Numbered from the stretch's first letter, positions 1 to 9,353 are shown. The stretch is 64,000 nt of DNA from Candidatus Thorarchaeota archaeon (GCA_048882965.1 JBHLRC010000002.1:21993-85992), one strand, 5' to 3'. The notes: generated by a model from the letters alone, not told the origin. Program-made: numbers and translations.

Positions 1-70
1 TGTCTGTGTAACAGCCCTGAGTAATACCTACTCTTATCAGTTCCATATGCTCCATAGGTTCCAATCGAAG

Positions 71-81
71 TCCAGTGGAAC
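71..81. promoter_or_regulatory. ORB-like (origin recognition box) candidate upstream of orc1/cdc6 copy 1
   Basis: TCCAGTGGAAC with a TCCA..TGGA dyad core, resembling the archaeal ORB/mini-ORB core as I recall it. It lies 74 nt upstream of the Cdc6 ATG. Only one clear copy is visible because the window starts here. Confidence 0.3.
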
Positions 82-154
82 TTGCCTCAAGTTCTTATGG
101 AAGTGTTTATTTCCCGGTTATGTTATTCATATTAGAAGAGGAGTAGATGACAAG

Positions 155-1402
155 ATGGAGAAACCGCTCGATAAACTGTTTGACAAGTTCCTGCAAGGCC
201 AAGCAATCTTTAGAGATAGAACTGCTCTTAGGCCTACTTACGTACCTGAAAGTTTACCCTATAGGGATGACCAGATGAGTAGAATTGGGTCAATTTTGGG
301 ACCAGCGCTCAGAGGTGCTCCACCTTCAAATATTCTATGCTATGGAAAGACCGGTACTGGGAAGACTGTAGTTGCTCGATATGTACTTGATATGTTGGTG
401 AAGAAAGCCAAAGAGAGTGGAATAAACCCCCCATTAACGGCTTTTGTGAATTGTAGGATTGTTGGAACAAATTACAGAGTTTTGAAGCGTCTGTGTGACC
501 AGATTGATGCAACAATGCCAGATGGATCAGAGGTCCCCTTCACAGGACTTCCCACAGATGAGATTCGAGATGTCTTGAAGAGTAAACTTGATGCCAGTTC
601 GAATATTCTAACAGTTGTACTTGATGAAGTTGATAGTTTACTGAAACGTGACGCAGGACAAGGTAACGATATTCTCTATGGACTGACTCGTATGAATGGA
701 GAGTTGGAAAACAGTAGAATTTCGATTATAGGGATTAGCAACGACTTGAAATTCAAGGAGATGCTGGATCCAAGAGTCTTGTCCACACTTGGGGAAGAAG
801 AAGTGATTTTTTCACCCTACAATGCTGTAGAGTTGAAGGGCATCTTGAAGCAGAGAGTAGAACTCGCCTTTAACAAGACAGCTATTGGTGATGAAGGTGT
901 AATCAATCTTGTAGGAGCTTTAGCCGCTCAGGAACATGGAGATGCTCGAAGAGCACTTGATTTGCTTAGAACTGCAGGAGAACTTGCTGAGAGAAGAGGT
1001 GATGAAGCAGTCACCCAGGGACATGTTCGTGAAGCACAGAAAGTCATCGAACGTGACACCATTACTGAAACTGTGAAAACCCTTCCAATGCAGTCAAAGG
1101 CTGTCTTGTTTGCTGTGTATGTTTTAGCTAGTAAAGGACAACGAGACATTTTCACAGGTGAGTGTTACAACATTTATTCTGAAATAGCTAAATCTCTATC
1201 ACTAGACATACTAACTCAGAGACGAGTTTCCGACCTTATCTCGGAGCTTGATATGCTAGGTCTAATCAACACAACAGTCATCTCAAAGGGTCGCTATGGA
1301 AGAACGAAGAAGATTAAGCTGGCTGTAAGCAAGAAACAGATTGGTGCCATTCTTGATGATGACACTCGTCTGAGTAAGGTCGCTCAAGAGATACTTGATT
1401 AA
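155..1402 (+). CDS. cdc6: Orc1/Cdc6 family replication initiator (copy 1)
   Basis: Walker A GKTGTGKT, Walker B VVLDEVD, and a winged-helix-like C-terminus. I prefer the ATG at 155 (MEKPLDKLF) to the ORF-track start at 47. Confidence 0.9.
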   Translation: MEKPLDKLFDKFLQGQAIFRDRTALRPTYVPESLPYRDDQMSRIGSILGPALRGAPPSNILCYGKTGTGKTVVARYVLDMLVKKAKESGINPPLTAFVNCRIVGTNYRVLKRLCDQIDATMPDGSEVPFTGLPTDEIRDVLKSKLDASSNILTVVLDEVDSLLKRDAGQGNDILYGLTRMNGELENSRISIIGISNDLKFKEMLDPRVLSTLGEEEVIFSPYNAVELKGILKQRVELAFNKTAIGDEGVINLVGALAAQEHGDARRALDLLRTAGELAERRGDEAVTQGHVREAQKVIERDTITETVKTLPMQSKAVLFAVYVLASKGQRDIFTGECYNIYSEIAKSLSLDILTQRRVSDLISELDMLGLINTTVISKGRYGRTKKIKLAVSKKQIGAILDDDTRLSKVAQEILD

Positions 1403-1420
1403 GGAAACGGAGTATCCGAA

Positions 1421-3040
1421 CTATTGAACCTTTGACATATCATAAAAGAATCTCACTTCGGGTGCACCTGTTCTGAGGTTTAAGAGTGTGACAATACCGG
1501 GAGTCGGTACTACTCCTTGTTTCCGCATAAATTCAGTTTGGGATTGGAATGTTCCAGAATTAATGATCTGGACACCACGATAATTGTCAACAGCGTTATG
1601 GTGGCAGTGACCAAAGTGGACTATATCCGGAGGAGTGTCAATTACCATCCAGTCTCTATGAAGTGGAGCAAGCTCAGTTTTCCCCCCGTATATAGGCGCA
1701 AGATGTCGCTTCTTGAGAAGTTCTTTCATTGGTGTTGCTGGTGCAGTGTAGGAAGCTCCAGGAATACTCGTCACCAAGTCATCCATACTATCACCGTGTG
1801 TTATTAGAACATTAACACCCTCGACAATAACTTGACTTGGATCACCCAGCATCGTAATACGGTTTCCAAAATCATACAATGGTTTTGCAAATTCTTCAGC
1901 AATTGGAGGTTTAGGGAGGGCCTGTCTGTTAGCATCATGGTTGCCTGGAATACAGAATATTTTGATTTGCTGTGGTAGTTTCTTTAGCTTGCTTGCGAAA
2001 TGTTCGTATTGATCGTATATGCTTTCGATCTGTAGGTCTTCTCTCTGTGTGGGATATACACTGATTCCATCAACCATGTCACCAGCCACGAACAAATATC
2101 GTATTTGTTTCACGAGAGATTTGTCCTCTTCATCAACATCACGTCCGTTCATCCAACCTATGAATTTGTCAAACTCATCTTCTAGGAATTCTTTGCTTCC
2201 ACAATGAATGTCTGATATGAATGCCGCATAGACATCTCGCCTAGCCCGACCTACATCCCGAGCTGTGGGGATATCTGGAAAAATAACATCGTCGGCAATC
2301 ATCCTAGCATCTTCATCAACAAAACCTGAAATACAAGTGATTTCATCAAGGAGCAGTGAGTTTGCCTTTTCAGACAGTTGTTGACCCTTGAGACCTTCTC
2401 TGGTTGCAGGAACAATACAGATAATCGATTCTTCTTCATCCTCCAGTTCGATTATTACATTACGTGACTGAGATATACTCCTATTCTTCACAATGCCAAG
2501 GATGATCTGAGTTGAACGTCTTGCAGTACGTACACCCTCTCGTGTCATCGCCTTCCTCTGCTTTGCAGAGTCTTTCCTCAGCTTGGCAACTTGGGGAGAT
2601 ACTGCATTCTGTGTATCAATTCTACTCATGTATATTCGCTTGATTCGATTGTACCGGTCTCTAAAGAGCGCCAAGAAATCTTCAACAGATCCTTCGGAAC
2701 CCATCTGTTCAGGCATAGGAGTCTTCTCAATGCGATATTCCCAACCAGTTTCTTCGTCAGCAACAGTTGGTGATTGTTGGGATTCAGGGGTATCTGTTCC
2801 AGATTCGTTCACCATAACATTTGCAGATTCGATAACAGGACTTTTTCCTTCAATCAGTGACTCAACATAGGGAAGCGACAAGACAGGAGGGTGAGTTCCA
2901 GCCTTATCTGTGATGAGAACTGACCTAACTGTTTCAAGAGGAGTATCGAGTAGAAGGATGTATTCTAGTGCCTCTGGTGCCACCTGGAATCCAGACTCAA
3001 TCAATAACTTGAGAACATTGCGTCTAACTGATGATGTCAA
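1421..3040 (-). CDS. polB: DNA polymerase II (PolD) small subunit DP1
   Basis: Calcineurin-like phosphoesterase motifs FVAGDMVDG, IPGNHDA, THGDS and HFGHCHH. The 539-aa length and N-terminal extension are typical of archaeal DP1. It converges on cdc6. Confidence 0.85.
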   Translation of the reverse strand: MTSSVRRNVLKLLIESGFQVAPEALEYILLLDTPLETVRSVLITDKAGTHPPVLSLPYVESLIEGKSPVIESANVMVNESGTDTPESQQSPTVADEETGWEYRIEKTPMPEQMGSEGSVEDFLALFRDRYNRIKRIYMSRIDTQNAVSPQVAKLRKDSAKQRKAMTREGVRTARRSTQIILGIVKNRSISQSRNVIIELEDEEESIICIVPATREGLKGQQLSEKANSLLLDEITCISGFVDEDARMIADDVIFPDIPTARDVGRARRDVYAAFISDIHCGSKEFLEDEFDKFIGWMNGRDVDEEDKSLVKQIRYLFVAGDMVDGISVYPTQREDLQIESIYDQYEHFASKLKKLPQQIKIFCIPGNHDANRQALPKPPIAEEFAKPLYDFGNRITMLGDPSQVIVEGVNVLITHGDSMDDLVTSIPGASYTAPATPMKELLKKRHLAPIYGGKTELAPLHRDWMVIDTPPDIVHFGHCHHNAVDNYRGVQIINSGTFQSQTEFMRKQGVVPTPGIVTLLNLRTGAPEVRFFYDMSKVQ

Positions 3041-3187
3041 GATGCCACCGAATATGATGATAATGTTTCTTCGTTTTAAACATCATCCATCAGTAATGAC
3101 ATCCTTACGAATAATTGAACTGCGGGAAATGTAATAAGCCGCGTACATAGAATCCAATTGGCGCCAATTTTTGACGGTGAGATGAAA

Positions 3188-4165
3188 ATGGTCAACATCA
3201 GGAAACTTCAACAGACAGGTGGAAAAAATGGCAGTTCCTTTCTAATTATACTGCCAAAGGATTGGGTGGTTAGACAAAATCTGAGTAAAGGAGATCCGGT
3301 GGTTGTTGCAGAGCGAGAGGACGGATGCCTGATTGTTGACCCACGTCTTCCCAAGGCTGGTGAAAGAAAAACAACTACAGCACAGATGGAACAAAACCTA
3401 CGATGGGAGATTACAAGTAGATACCTGCTTGGATATGATGAAATTCGTATCGTAAGTGAGGAGCCAATTACTAGTAGTCAGAGAGAAGACCTGAAACGAA
3501 TAATCAAACGATTTGTAGCTCTTGAGGTCACAGAGGAAGATGATCATCAAATAGTAGTTCGATGTCTTGTTGATCCTGCAACTTTACCTGTGAATACCGC
3601 GATGCGTAGAATGCATCTTATCACATCAAGAATGATCAACGATTCGCTGAAGGCGTACTTTGAGGGAAATAAGAAAATGGCGGATGAGGTGATACAACGA
3701 GATGAAGAAGTGGACCGTCTATTCTTTTTGATTGTACGAGAATTGCGTTCTGCCATCCAGTATCCCAGAATGAGTGAGATGATGAACATAACACCAGTAG
3801 AGGCACTTGATTTCCGGTTAGCCGCTCAATACATAGAACGAATTGCAGATTTAGCAGTAGATATTGCACGTAGAGTTGAGGAGCCTATTGATGCTTCCTT
3901 GAAGAAAAAGATGAAATCAATTGTAGAAAAGGTGAACGAAATGTTCACTGATGCTTTCAATAACCTCTTCAAGTTCAATCCGAAGAAGGTGCAGTCTGTT
4001 ATAGAAACTGAGAGGGAACTTATTTCCGAAACAGGAAAGCTTAGACAGCATGTTGTGGCATCTCCAAATGGACAACCTCAGACTCAAGTCTTGGTTGTAG
4101 ATAGTTTGTTGAGAATGGGAGAAGCTGCAAAAGACATTGTTGACTTGGCCCTGCCACACAATTAG
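3188..4165 (+). CDS. AbrB/SpoVT-domain plus PhoU-domain regulator (phosphate uptake regulator-like)
   Basis: N-terminal SpoVT/AbrB-like swapped-hairpin segment (VNIRKLQQTGG..SFLIILPKDW), followed by helical PhoU-like repeats (ADEVIQRDEEVDRLF, AAQYIERIADLA). Confidence 0.7.
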   Translation: MVNIRKLQQTGGKNGSSFLIILPKDWVVRQNLSKGDPVVVAEREDGCLIVDPRLPKAGERKTTTAQMEQNLRWEITSRYLLGYDEIRIVSEEPITSSQREDLKRIIKRFVALEVTEEDDHQIVVRCLVDPATLPVNTAMRRMHLITSRMINDSLKAYFEGNKKMADEVIQRDEEVDRLFFLIVRELRSAIQYPRMSEMMNITPVEALDFRLAAQYIERIADLAVDIARRVEEPIDASLKKKMKSIVEKVNEMFTDAFNNLFKFNPKKVQSVIETERELISETGKLRQHVVASPNGQPQTQVLVVDSLLRMGEAAKDIVDLALPHN

Positions 4166-4176
4166 AGGTATGAAAA

Positions 4177-5559
4177 TTGACACAGAAACTGTTTGGTACG
4201 TCTGGTATCAGAGGGTCGATTATTGAAAAAACGACTCCTGACCTGGCGCTGGGACTTGGGAAGGCATTCGGTTCATTCCTTGATGGGAAAGGTGTTGTCG
4301 GAGTAGGTACAGATGCTCGAACATCGAGGGAGATGTTGAGTAGTGCTCTTATTTCGGGCGTAATCTCCACTGGTACAGATGTGATAGACTTCGGAATTAC
4401 ACCAATGCCCACTGTTGCTTCTTATAGTAGCATCGAGGGGATTTCAGCCACTGTCATCATAACAGCCAGTCATAACCCATCAGCCGACAATGGGTTCAAG
4501 TTCTTCATGGGCGGACGTGAGTTCATTAGATCTGAGGAGGAATTCTTGGAGAACGCTGTTTTCAACAAAGTGTTCAAGGTGGCTCCTTGGGACTCGATTG
4601 GGCAGTTATCCAAGAAGAACATCAAATCCGAGTATTTGGCTAGAGTGAAGAAATTCCTGTTGAGCAGGGGTGGTCACAGTAAAGGCACAAAAGTCCTAGT
4701 AGATTTGGCAAACGGTGCAGCCACAAACTACACACCTGAACTCCTTGGAGACCTTGGATTCTCTGTCACTACAATGAACTCTCATCAGGATGGTCATTTT
4801 CCAGGCAGACCTGCTGAACCATCACCAAGAAACTTGGGCGATGCCATGAAGATGGCTGCAGAATCTGATTTCGCTGTGACAATGTGTCACGATGGTGACG
4901 GTGACAGACTGGCTGTGATTGATGAAGCTGGAGAATTCATCGATCAGAACCGTGTCATTGCAGTATTTGCAAGGGATGAGGTCGAGAAAAAAGGAGGAGG
5001 GATAGTTCTTACATCCATTGACACCTCCAGTGTGATTGATGAGATTGTCAACAAAGCAGGGGGGACTGTTGTTAGAATGCCACTAGGGTCTCTTCAAGAG
5101 TATCTAGCAGGAGAGAAAGGGAAGGATGTGATTCTGGCATCGGAACCATGGAAACCAATATTCACAGAGTTGGGTTGGTGGATGGATGGCATTACAGGCG
5201 CGGGTCGCTTTGGCCAGCTGGTTGATGAGCTTGGTGATGGGAGTTGTATGAAATTGATGAAAACGATTCCCAAATATCCGATGCTGCGGGACTTTGTGTC
5301 ATGCCCAGACAAGATCAAGCAACAATTCATACCAAAGGTGAAAGAGTTGCTTGTACCTGAGATCAGTGGTATTGAGCAGATACTAGAAGTAGACGGGATT
5401 CGAATAGAGAACAAAGATGGTTCCTACGTACTTGTCAGGGTATCAGGGACCGAACCAAAAGCCAGAGTGTATGTTGGAGCCAAAACACAAGAAACAGTGG
5501 ATAAGTTGGCCAATACAGCAAAGAAGGTAATGGCACAAGTTCTCGACGAACTTCAATGA
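4177..5559 (+). CDS. glmM: Phosphoglucosamine/phosphohexose mutase (alpha-D-phosphohexomutase family)
   Basis: Active-site loop TASHNPSADNGFK, metal loop HDGDGDR and C-terminal VRVSGTEP. TTG start with a GAGGT RBS 8 nt upstream. Confidence 0.8.
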   Translation: MTQKLFGTSGIRGSIIEKTTPDLALGLGKAFGSFLDGKGVVGVGTDARTSREMLSSALISGVISTGTDVIDFGITPMPTVASYSSIEGISATVIITASHNPSADNGFKFFMGGREFIRSEEEFLENAVFNKVFKVAPWDSIGQLSKKNIKSEYLARVKKFLLSRGGHSKGTKVLVDLANGAATNYTPELLGDLGFSVTTMNSHQDGHFPGRPAEPSPRNLGDAMKMAAESDFAVTMCHDGDGDRLAVIDEAGEFIDQNRVIAVFARDEVEKKGGGIVLTSIDTSSVIDEIVNKAGGTVVRMPLGSLQEYLAGEKGKDVILASEPWKPIFTELGWWMDGITGAGRFGQLVDELGDGSCMKLMKTIPKYPMLRDFVSCPDKIKQQFIPKVKELLVPEISGIEQILEVDGIRIENKDGSYVLVRVSGTEPKARVYVGAKTQETVDKLANTAKKVMAQVLDELQ

Positions 5560-5814
5560 AAAGTGGCGCCGGGGATGAGACCTGTTCGATTTCACTAATT
5601 GCGAAAATCTTTGAACTCATGCGTCCGAAGACAGCGGTTTTCGAGACCGCCTCCATCAATGTTGTATTGACATATGTAAATACAGAGCCACTAGGAGACC
5701 CCGGCTTATGGAATCTTCAGGATGTTTGGGATTTAATCTTACCGTCAGCCTTGTCCAATCATTGAAATAGAGCTGGCTCCTTCTTCCATAAGAGCCAAAG
5801 GAGTGAGATACAAG

Positions 5815-6438
5815 ATGAACTCTGAAGAGCGATATGACCTGATGTTAGAGGGCATAAGGTTGTTAAATGAGAGAAAAATGGCTGAGGCTGAAGAGGTCTT
5901 TAAGAAACTTATTGAAATTGAGCCTGAGGATTCGGCACATTGGTCGTCCTTAGGCAGATGTCAGCTGGCTCAAGGTAAGATTTCTGATGCGGAGGTTTCA
6001 GCACGAAAGGCGCTCGATTTGAATGACAAGGATGCATCAAACTGGAGTCTAGTAGGGTCTGTTCTCAAGACCAAGAGCACATTCACTGAAGCAGAACCGT
6101 ATTTTCGAAAAGCACTAGAACTCAATCCGAAAGATTTCCACTCATGGAGTGGATTGGCCACGATTCTCATGGGTCAGCAAAGGGATGAAGAGGCTCAGGA
6201 AGCATCACTGAAGAGTATCGATCTGAATCCCAACTTCTTTGAGGGATGGATGGTTCTGGGAATTCTTCTTCTAAGAAGTGGACGAGCGGCGGAGTCAGAG
6301 GGGGCTTTCATTAAACTGACTGAAGCCGCACCTCGACTGCCAGAGGCTTGGGACTTGTTAGGAATGGCATTGAATGCCCAAGGGAAACATGATGAGGCTA
6401 CAGCAGCTAGGAATCATGCACAGACCTTACGAGCATAG
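5815..6438 (+). CDS. TPR repeat protein
   Basis: Tandem 34-aa repeats with the W..LG....G....A...F.KAL.L.P pattern (at least 5 copies). ATG at 5815 follows an AGGAG motif. Confidence 0.7.
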   Translation: MNSEERYDLMLEGIRLLNERKMAEAEEVFKKLIEIEPEDSAHWSSLGRCQLAQGKISDAEVSARKALDLNDKDASNWSLVGSVLKTKSTFTEAEPYFRKALELNPKDFHSWSGLATILMGQQRDEEAQEASLKSIDLNPNFFEGWMVLGILLLRSGRAAESEGAFIKLTEAAPRLPEAWDLLGMALNAQGKHDEATAARNHAQTLRA

Positions 6439-6455
6439 CGTATTTTGTCTGCGAG

Positions 6456-6797
6456 TCAGAATGTGATTATCGAGAATCCTGTATCTGTGAACTTCAATAG
6501 ATCACTATGTCCCTTAAGCTCGCCTTTCAGCGTGACTCCGAGTTTCTCTGCAGCCTCAGTGGCGTTGAATGATGCAGTGCATGCCTTACAAGCATGGTCG
6601 ATAATTTCAAGCTCCATTGCCTTGTCAAAGACTGGGAGTTTGATTGAACCATCTGCGATTCCGATCAACAACTTTGGAGAGGCACACTCTAGAACAGCTG
6701 CTATCTCATGACCATTCTCATGAAAGTTGATCGCATTCAGAAGCAGGTGATACAGTTGCATTTTATTATCATCAGTTGCCAAGAATAAGTACTTCAT
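6456..6797 (-). CDS. DsrE/DsrF-like family protein (putative)
   Basis: About 113 aa. The pattern (MKYLFLATDD.., central CKAC) resembles small DsrE-fold proteins. This is a weak assignment. Confidence 0.35.
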   Translation of the reverse strand: MKYLFLATDDNKMQLYHLLLNAINFHENGHEIAAVLECASPKLLIGIADGSIKLPVFDKAMELEIIDHACKACTASFNATEAAEKLGVTLKGELKGHSDLLKFTDTGFSIITF

Positions 6798-6850
6798 GAT
6801 AATCCCAGTGAGATGCAAAAACAACCAGATAATGAGGTTTACTGAAAAAG

Positions 6851-6871
6851 TGGTGAGGAGGGCGAGATTCG
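6851..6871 (-). repeat. Partial duplicate of the tRNA-Leu 3' end (att-like direct repeat)
   Basis: tggtgAggagggcgagattcg matches 7331-7351 (tggtgCggagggcgagattcg) at 20 of 21 positions in the same orientation. It covers the CCA, discriminator, acceptor 3' strand and T-stem 3' strand. Confidence 0.6.
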
Positions 6872-6946
6872 GGATACTATTAGATATTCAACTAAGAAAA
6901 AGGATAATATTCATTTTTGCTATAGGGATTATGAGGAATTTTAAAA

Positions 6947-7312
6947 ATGATTAGTCCCAAGAAGTACATCATTCTTGGTTCTATTGTTATATTGGTAGTG
7001 ACATCCGGACTTACCTTATGGTTGACTACTCGCGTACCAGTCCCAGAAGATGTTAAACAGAAGCTGAGCGAAGATCTCATCGACAGAATCCATTCTGGAT
7101 CATTGAATACCAAACACGACTGTATTGTTGCATGCAACACATCTGAAGATATGTATAATGTAATCGAGTTGCTGCCTAGTGAAGCAGTTGAGGAGATATG
7201 GGAGTCTTTCGGAATGTTTCATGCTTTTCTGCTTCCAGAGCAGATATTTAGTCTAGCAAGAATGAATGAAGTGGTTAGAATCGATTACAATACCTCTGGA
7301 GTTGCTATTTGA
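6947..7312 (+). CDS. Membrane-anchored small protein with a possible subtilase-propeptide (I9)-like domain
   Basis: N-terminal TM helix IILGSIVILVVTSGLTLWL. The C-terminal segment FGMFHAFLLPEQIFSLARMNEVVRIDYN resembles the I9 propeptide signature. No protease domain follows. Confidence 0.4.
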   Translation: MISPKKYIILGSIVILVVTSGLTLWLTTRVPVPEDVKQKLSEDLIDRIHSGSLNTKHDCIVACNTSEDMYNVIELLPSEAVEEIWESFGMFHAFLLPEQIFSLARMNEVVRIDYNTSGVAI

Positions 7313-7330
7313 AAAATCTCGGAATGTGAA

Positions 7331-7418
7331 TGGTGCGGAGGGCGAGATTCGAACTCGCGAACTCCTACGAGACAGGGACCTAAACCCTGCGCCTTTAACC
7401 TGGCTTGGCAACCTCCGC
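7331..7418 (-). tRNA. tRNA-Leu (anticodon UAG)
   Basis: The reverse complement GCGGAGG..CCTCCGCACCA folds as a cloverleaf. Anticodon stem CAGGG/CCCTG, loop TTTAGGT (anticodon TAG), long variable arm, T-arm GCGAG TTCGAAT CTCGC. CCA is encoded. Confidence 0.9.
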
Positions 7419-7468
7419 AAGAATGAAGCAAGGTTGAGAAAAGGCCAGTTTTAACCGTTTTGCATCCA

Positions 7469-7615
7469 TTACTCATCTACTGTTTCCCAAGTGTGACTAC
7501 AACGTGGACAACGCCACTTCTTCCTGTACTTACCGCTCCCAAACATCTCTTTTCTTACGAGAGCGACTTCATTATACCCGCATCTTGTACAAGTTACTTC
7601 ATCCATGTGATGCAT
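7469..7615 (-). CDS. Small zinc-ribbon protein (48 aa), absent from the ORF track
   Basis: Hand translation gives MHHMDEVTCTRCGYNEVALVRKEMFGSGKYRKKWRCPRCSHTWETVDE, with CxxC..CxxC. A GAGGT RBS-like motif lies about 7 nt upstream of the ATG. Confidence 0.5.
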   Translation of the reverse strand: MHHMDEVTCTRCGYNEVALVRKEMFGSGKYRKKWRCPRCSHTWETVDE

Positions 7616-7779
7616 CTCAAACCTCACAGAACAAGAATATCATATCTAGTTTTGCTTGTTGTATCAGGTCAGGTCACAATGTTTTTATTAGACTCATTAG
7701 ATGTCGGCGCGTTTCTGTGGCCAAAAGCCATGGAGCACTTCATGATTTCTGGAGCTTCCAGTAAGAGTGTGATTATCAG

Positions 7780-8439
7780 ATGTCTTCAAAAAGTAGACAA
7801 GCAGCGGCAAGGACCAGAGACAAGTGGCGAGAGAAAGTCTGGTACCAGATTCTTGCACCTGACTATTTCGATAACAAAGAGATAGGTAAGACCCCAGCGG
7901 GTACTCCTGAACAATTGATTGGTAGAACTGTTCAGCCCACTCTCTACGACATTACAGGGGACTTTGATAGGATTCATGTCAAACTACGATTCAAAATCAT
8001 GGAGGTTTCCGGGCAACAGGCCAAGACTGTTTTTTACGGACATGAATGGAGCTCAGACTATCTGAGAGGATTGGTCAGACGAGGTACATCAAGAATTGAC
8101 TGGATTGGTCCAATCCTCACAAAGGATGATTACTTGATGCGTATCTCGGTCATAGTCTTCACAACCACTAGGGCAAAGACGAGTCAAGAACATGCTGTCC
8201 GAAAGGCTATTGAAAAGGTCATTCGTGCTCATGCAAAGAAACACACGTTCAATGAGCTTGTCACAAAAGTGGTCCTTGGAGATCTGGCGAGCGAGGTCCA
8301 CGAAGATGTGAAGAAGATAATCCCGATTCGTGAGGCTGAAATCAGAAAGAGTAAGGTACTCAAAGGACCTGAGGAAGTCAAAATCAGAAGAGCCAGACTA
8401 CGAAGAGGTACAGAGAAGGAGAAAGAGAAGGAAAAGTAG
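7780..8439 (+). CDS. rps3ae: 30S ribosomal protein S3Ae (eS1)
   Basis: N-terminus ARTRDKWREKVWYQILAP and overall length are typical of archaeal S3Ae. Lys/Glu-rich tail. Confidence 0.85.
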   Translation: MSSKSRQAAARTRDKWREKVWYQILAPDYFDNKEIGKTPAGTPEQLIGRTVQPTLYDITGDFDRIHVKLRFKIMEVSGQQAKTVFYGHEWSSDYLRGLVRRGTSRIDWIGPILTKDDYLMRISVIVFTTTRAKTSQEHAVRKAIEKVIRAHAKKHTFNELVTKVVLGDLASEVHEDVKKIIPIREAEIRKSKVLKGPEEVKIRRARLRRGTEKEKEKEK

Positions 8440-8453
8440 CCATTGGAATCAAT

Positions 8454-8816
8454 CTACGATCCCATGTTCTCAAGTCTGTGAAGAGCCTGTAGTAGTAGTA
8501 CCATTAGGTTAGCGAGTTTGGTGAGTGCCTCAGTGTCAGTTTCGTTGTCAATAACCTCATTGAGTGCCTTTAGTTTGTTGATCAGGGTTTCTCTGAGTTC
8601 TGGAATTAGTGTTTTCACAGCTTCAACTTCTACAGCTTGATCTGATTTCGCATACACTATTCTTCTGTCACATCTTGCACAATAGATGTCATCTTTGACC
8701 TTGAGGAGAGGTGAACCGCATTGAGGACAAGCATCTGCAAGCATTGTAGCTCCTTGGCGTAGAAGTTCGGCCATTTTCTTTACTGGGATTTCATCATTGT
8801 CTGTCATTGTCCTCAT
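8454..8816 (-). CDS. UPF0148 / autoantigen p27-like zinc-ribbon protein
   Basis: MAELLRQGATMLADACPQCGSPLLKVKDDIYCARCDRR zinc ribbon followed by a coiled coil. Confidence 0.65.
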   Translation of the reverse strand: MRTMTDNDEIPVKKMAELLRQGATMLADACPQCGSPLLKVKDDIYCARCDRRIVYAKSDQAVEVEAVKTLIPELRETLINKLKALNEVIDNETDTEALTKLANLMVLLLQALHRLENMGS

Positions 8817-8967
8817 CTAGAATCAGGATGTTATTGGAATATAAGAAAATCTGCATTACTATCATGGCCATTTCGAGATTAAATAACCACTCGAAAACTC
8901 GGTAGGCCTGATGAAAACGTTGATATGGTTAACTCGATGAAAAACTTCTGTTGTTCGCACTCCGTTT

Positions 8968-9261
8968 GTGCGTCAAGACCATTCAGAGGTGAGTCCTTTG
9001 GACCCCGAAACACAGAAGAGCATTGACCAGTCTAAACACCTCCTAAAACAGATATCGGAGGATTCCTCAGTTCCCAGGAACATCAGGCGTGCAGCAAATG
9101 AAGCAATTGGTGTTCTTGAAACTGAAACAGACTCTCCAGCAGTGAGAGCACAGAATGCGATATCAATCTTGGATGAGCCAAGCCAAGACCCGAACTGTCC
9201 AAACCATGCTCGGACTAAGATTTGGCATGTATCCAGTTTACTGGAGCCAATTCGTGACTAG
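8968..9261 (+). CDS. UPF0147 family protein
   Basis: Signature SVPRNIRRAANEAIGVL in a small helical protein. The true start may be the TTG near 8998, after GAGGTGA. Confidence 0.6.
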   Translation: MRQDHSEVSPLDPETQKSIDQSKHLLKQISEDSSVPRNIRRAANEAIGVLETETDSPAVRAQNAISILDEPSQDPNCPNHARTKIWHVSSLLEPIRD

Positions 9262-9353
9262 CTCTGTTTGGAACATCATAGTGATCTGAAAAGACCAGTC
9301 AGAACCAAGTATGGTGATGGACTGATACCCATGTCCCGGGCCAGTGGTTGCTC

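Noticed and set aside
5560-5802. Possible ncRNA (C/D box sRNA or other) in the 243-nt spacer after glmM, including ORF 5556..5765, and in other spacers (31058-31258, 37330-37514, 45705-45868, 56364-56471)
   Set aside because: I found no convincing C (RUGAUGA) and D (CUGA) box pairs at the right spacing, and no strong conserved-looking structure beyond a short GCGGT/ACCGC hairpin. A covariance-model scan would be needed.
7266-7476. ORFs 7266..7454 (+) and 7285..7476 (-), each about 62 aa
   Set aside because: Both lie across the tRNA-Leu gene (7331-7418). Their sequences are simply translations of the tRNA and its flanks.
7460-7885. ORFs 7460..7885 (+, 141 aa) and 7504..7764 (+, 86 aa) upstream of rps3ae
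   Set aside because: They have no recognisable motifs or RBS, and the longer one runs into the rps3ae coding region in another frame. The opposite-strand 48-aa zinc-ribbon ORF explains the region better.
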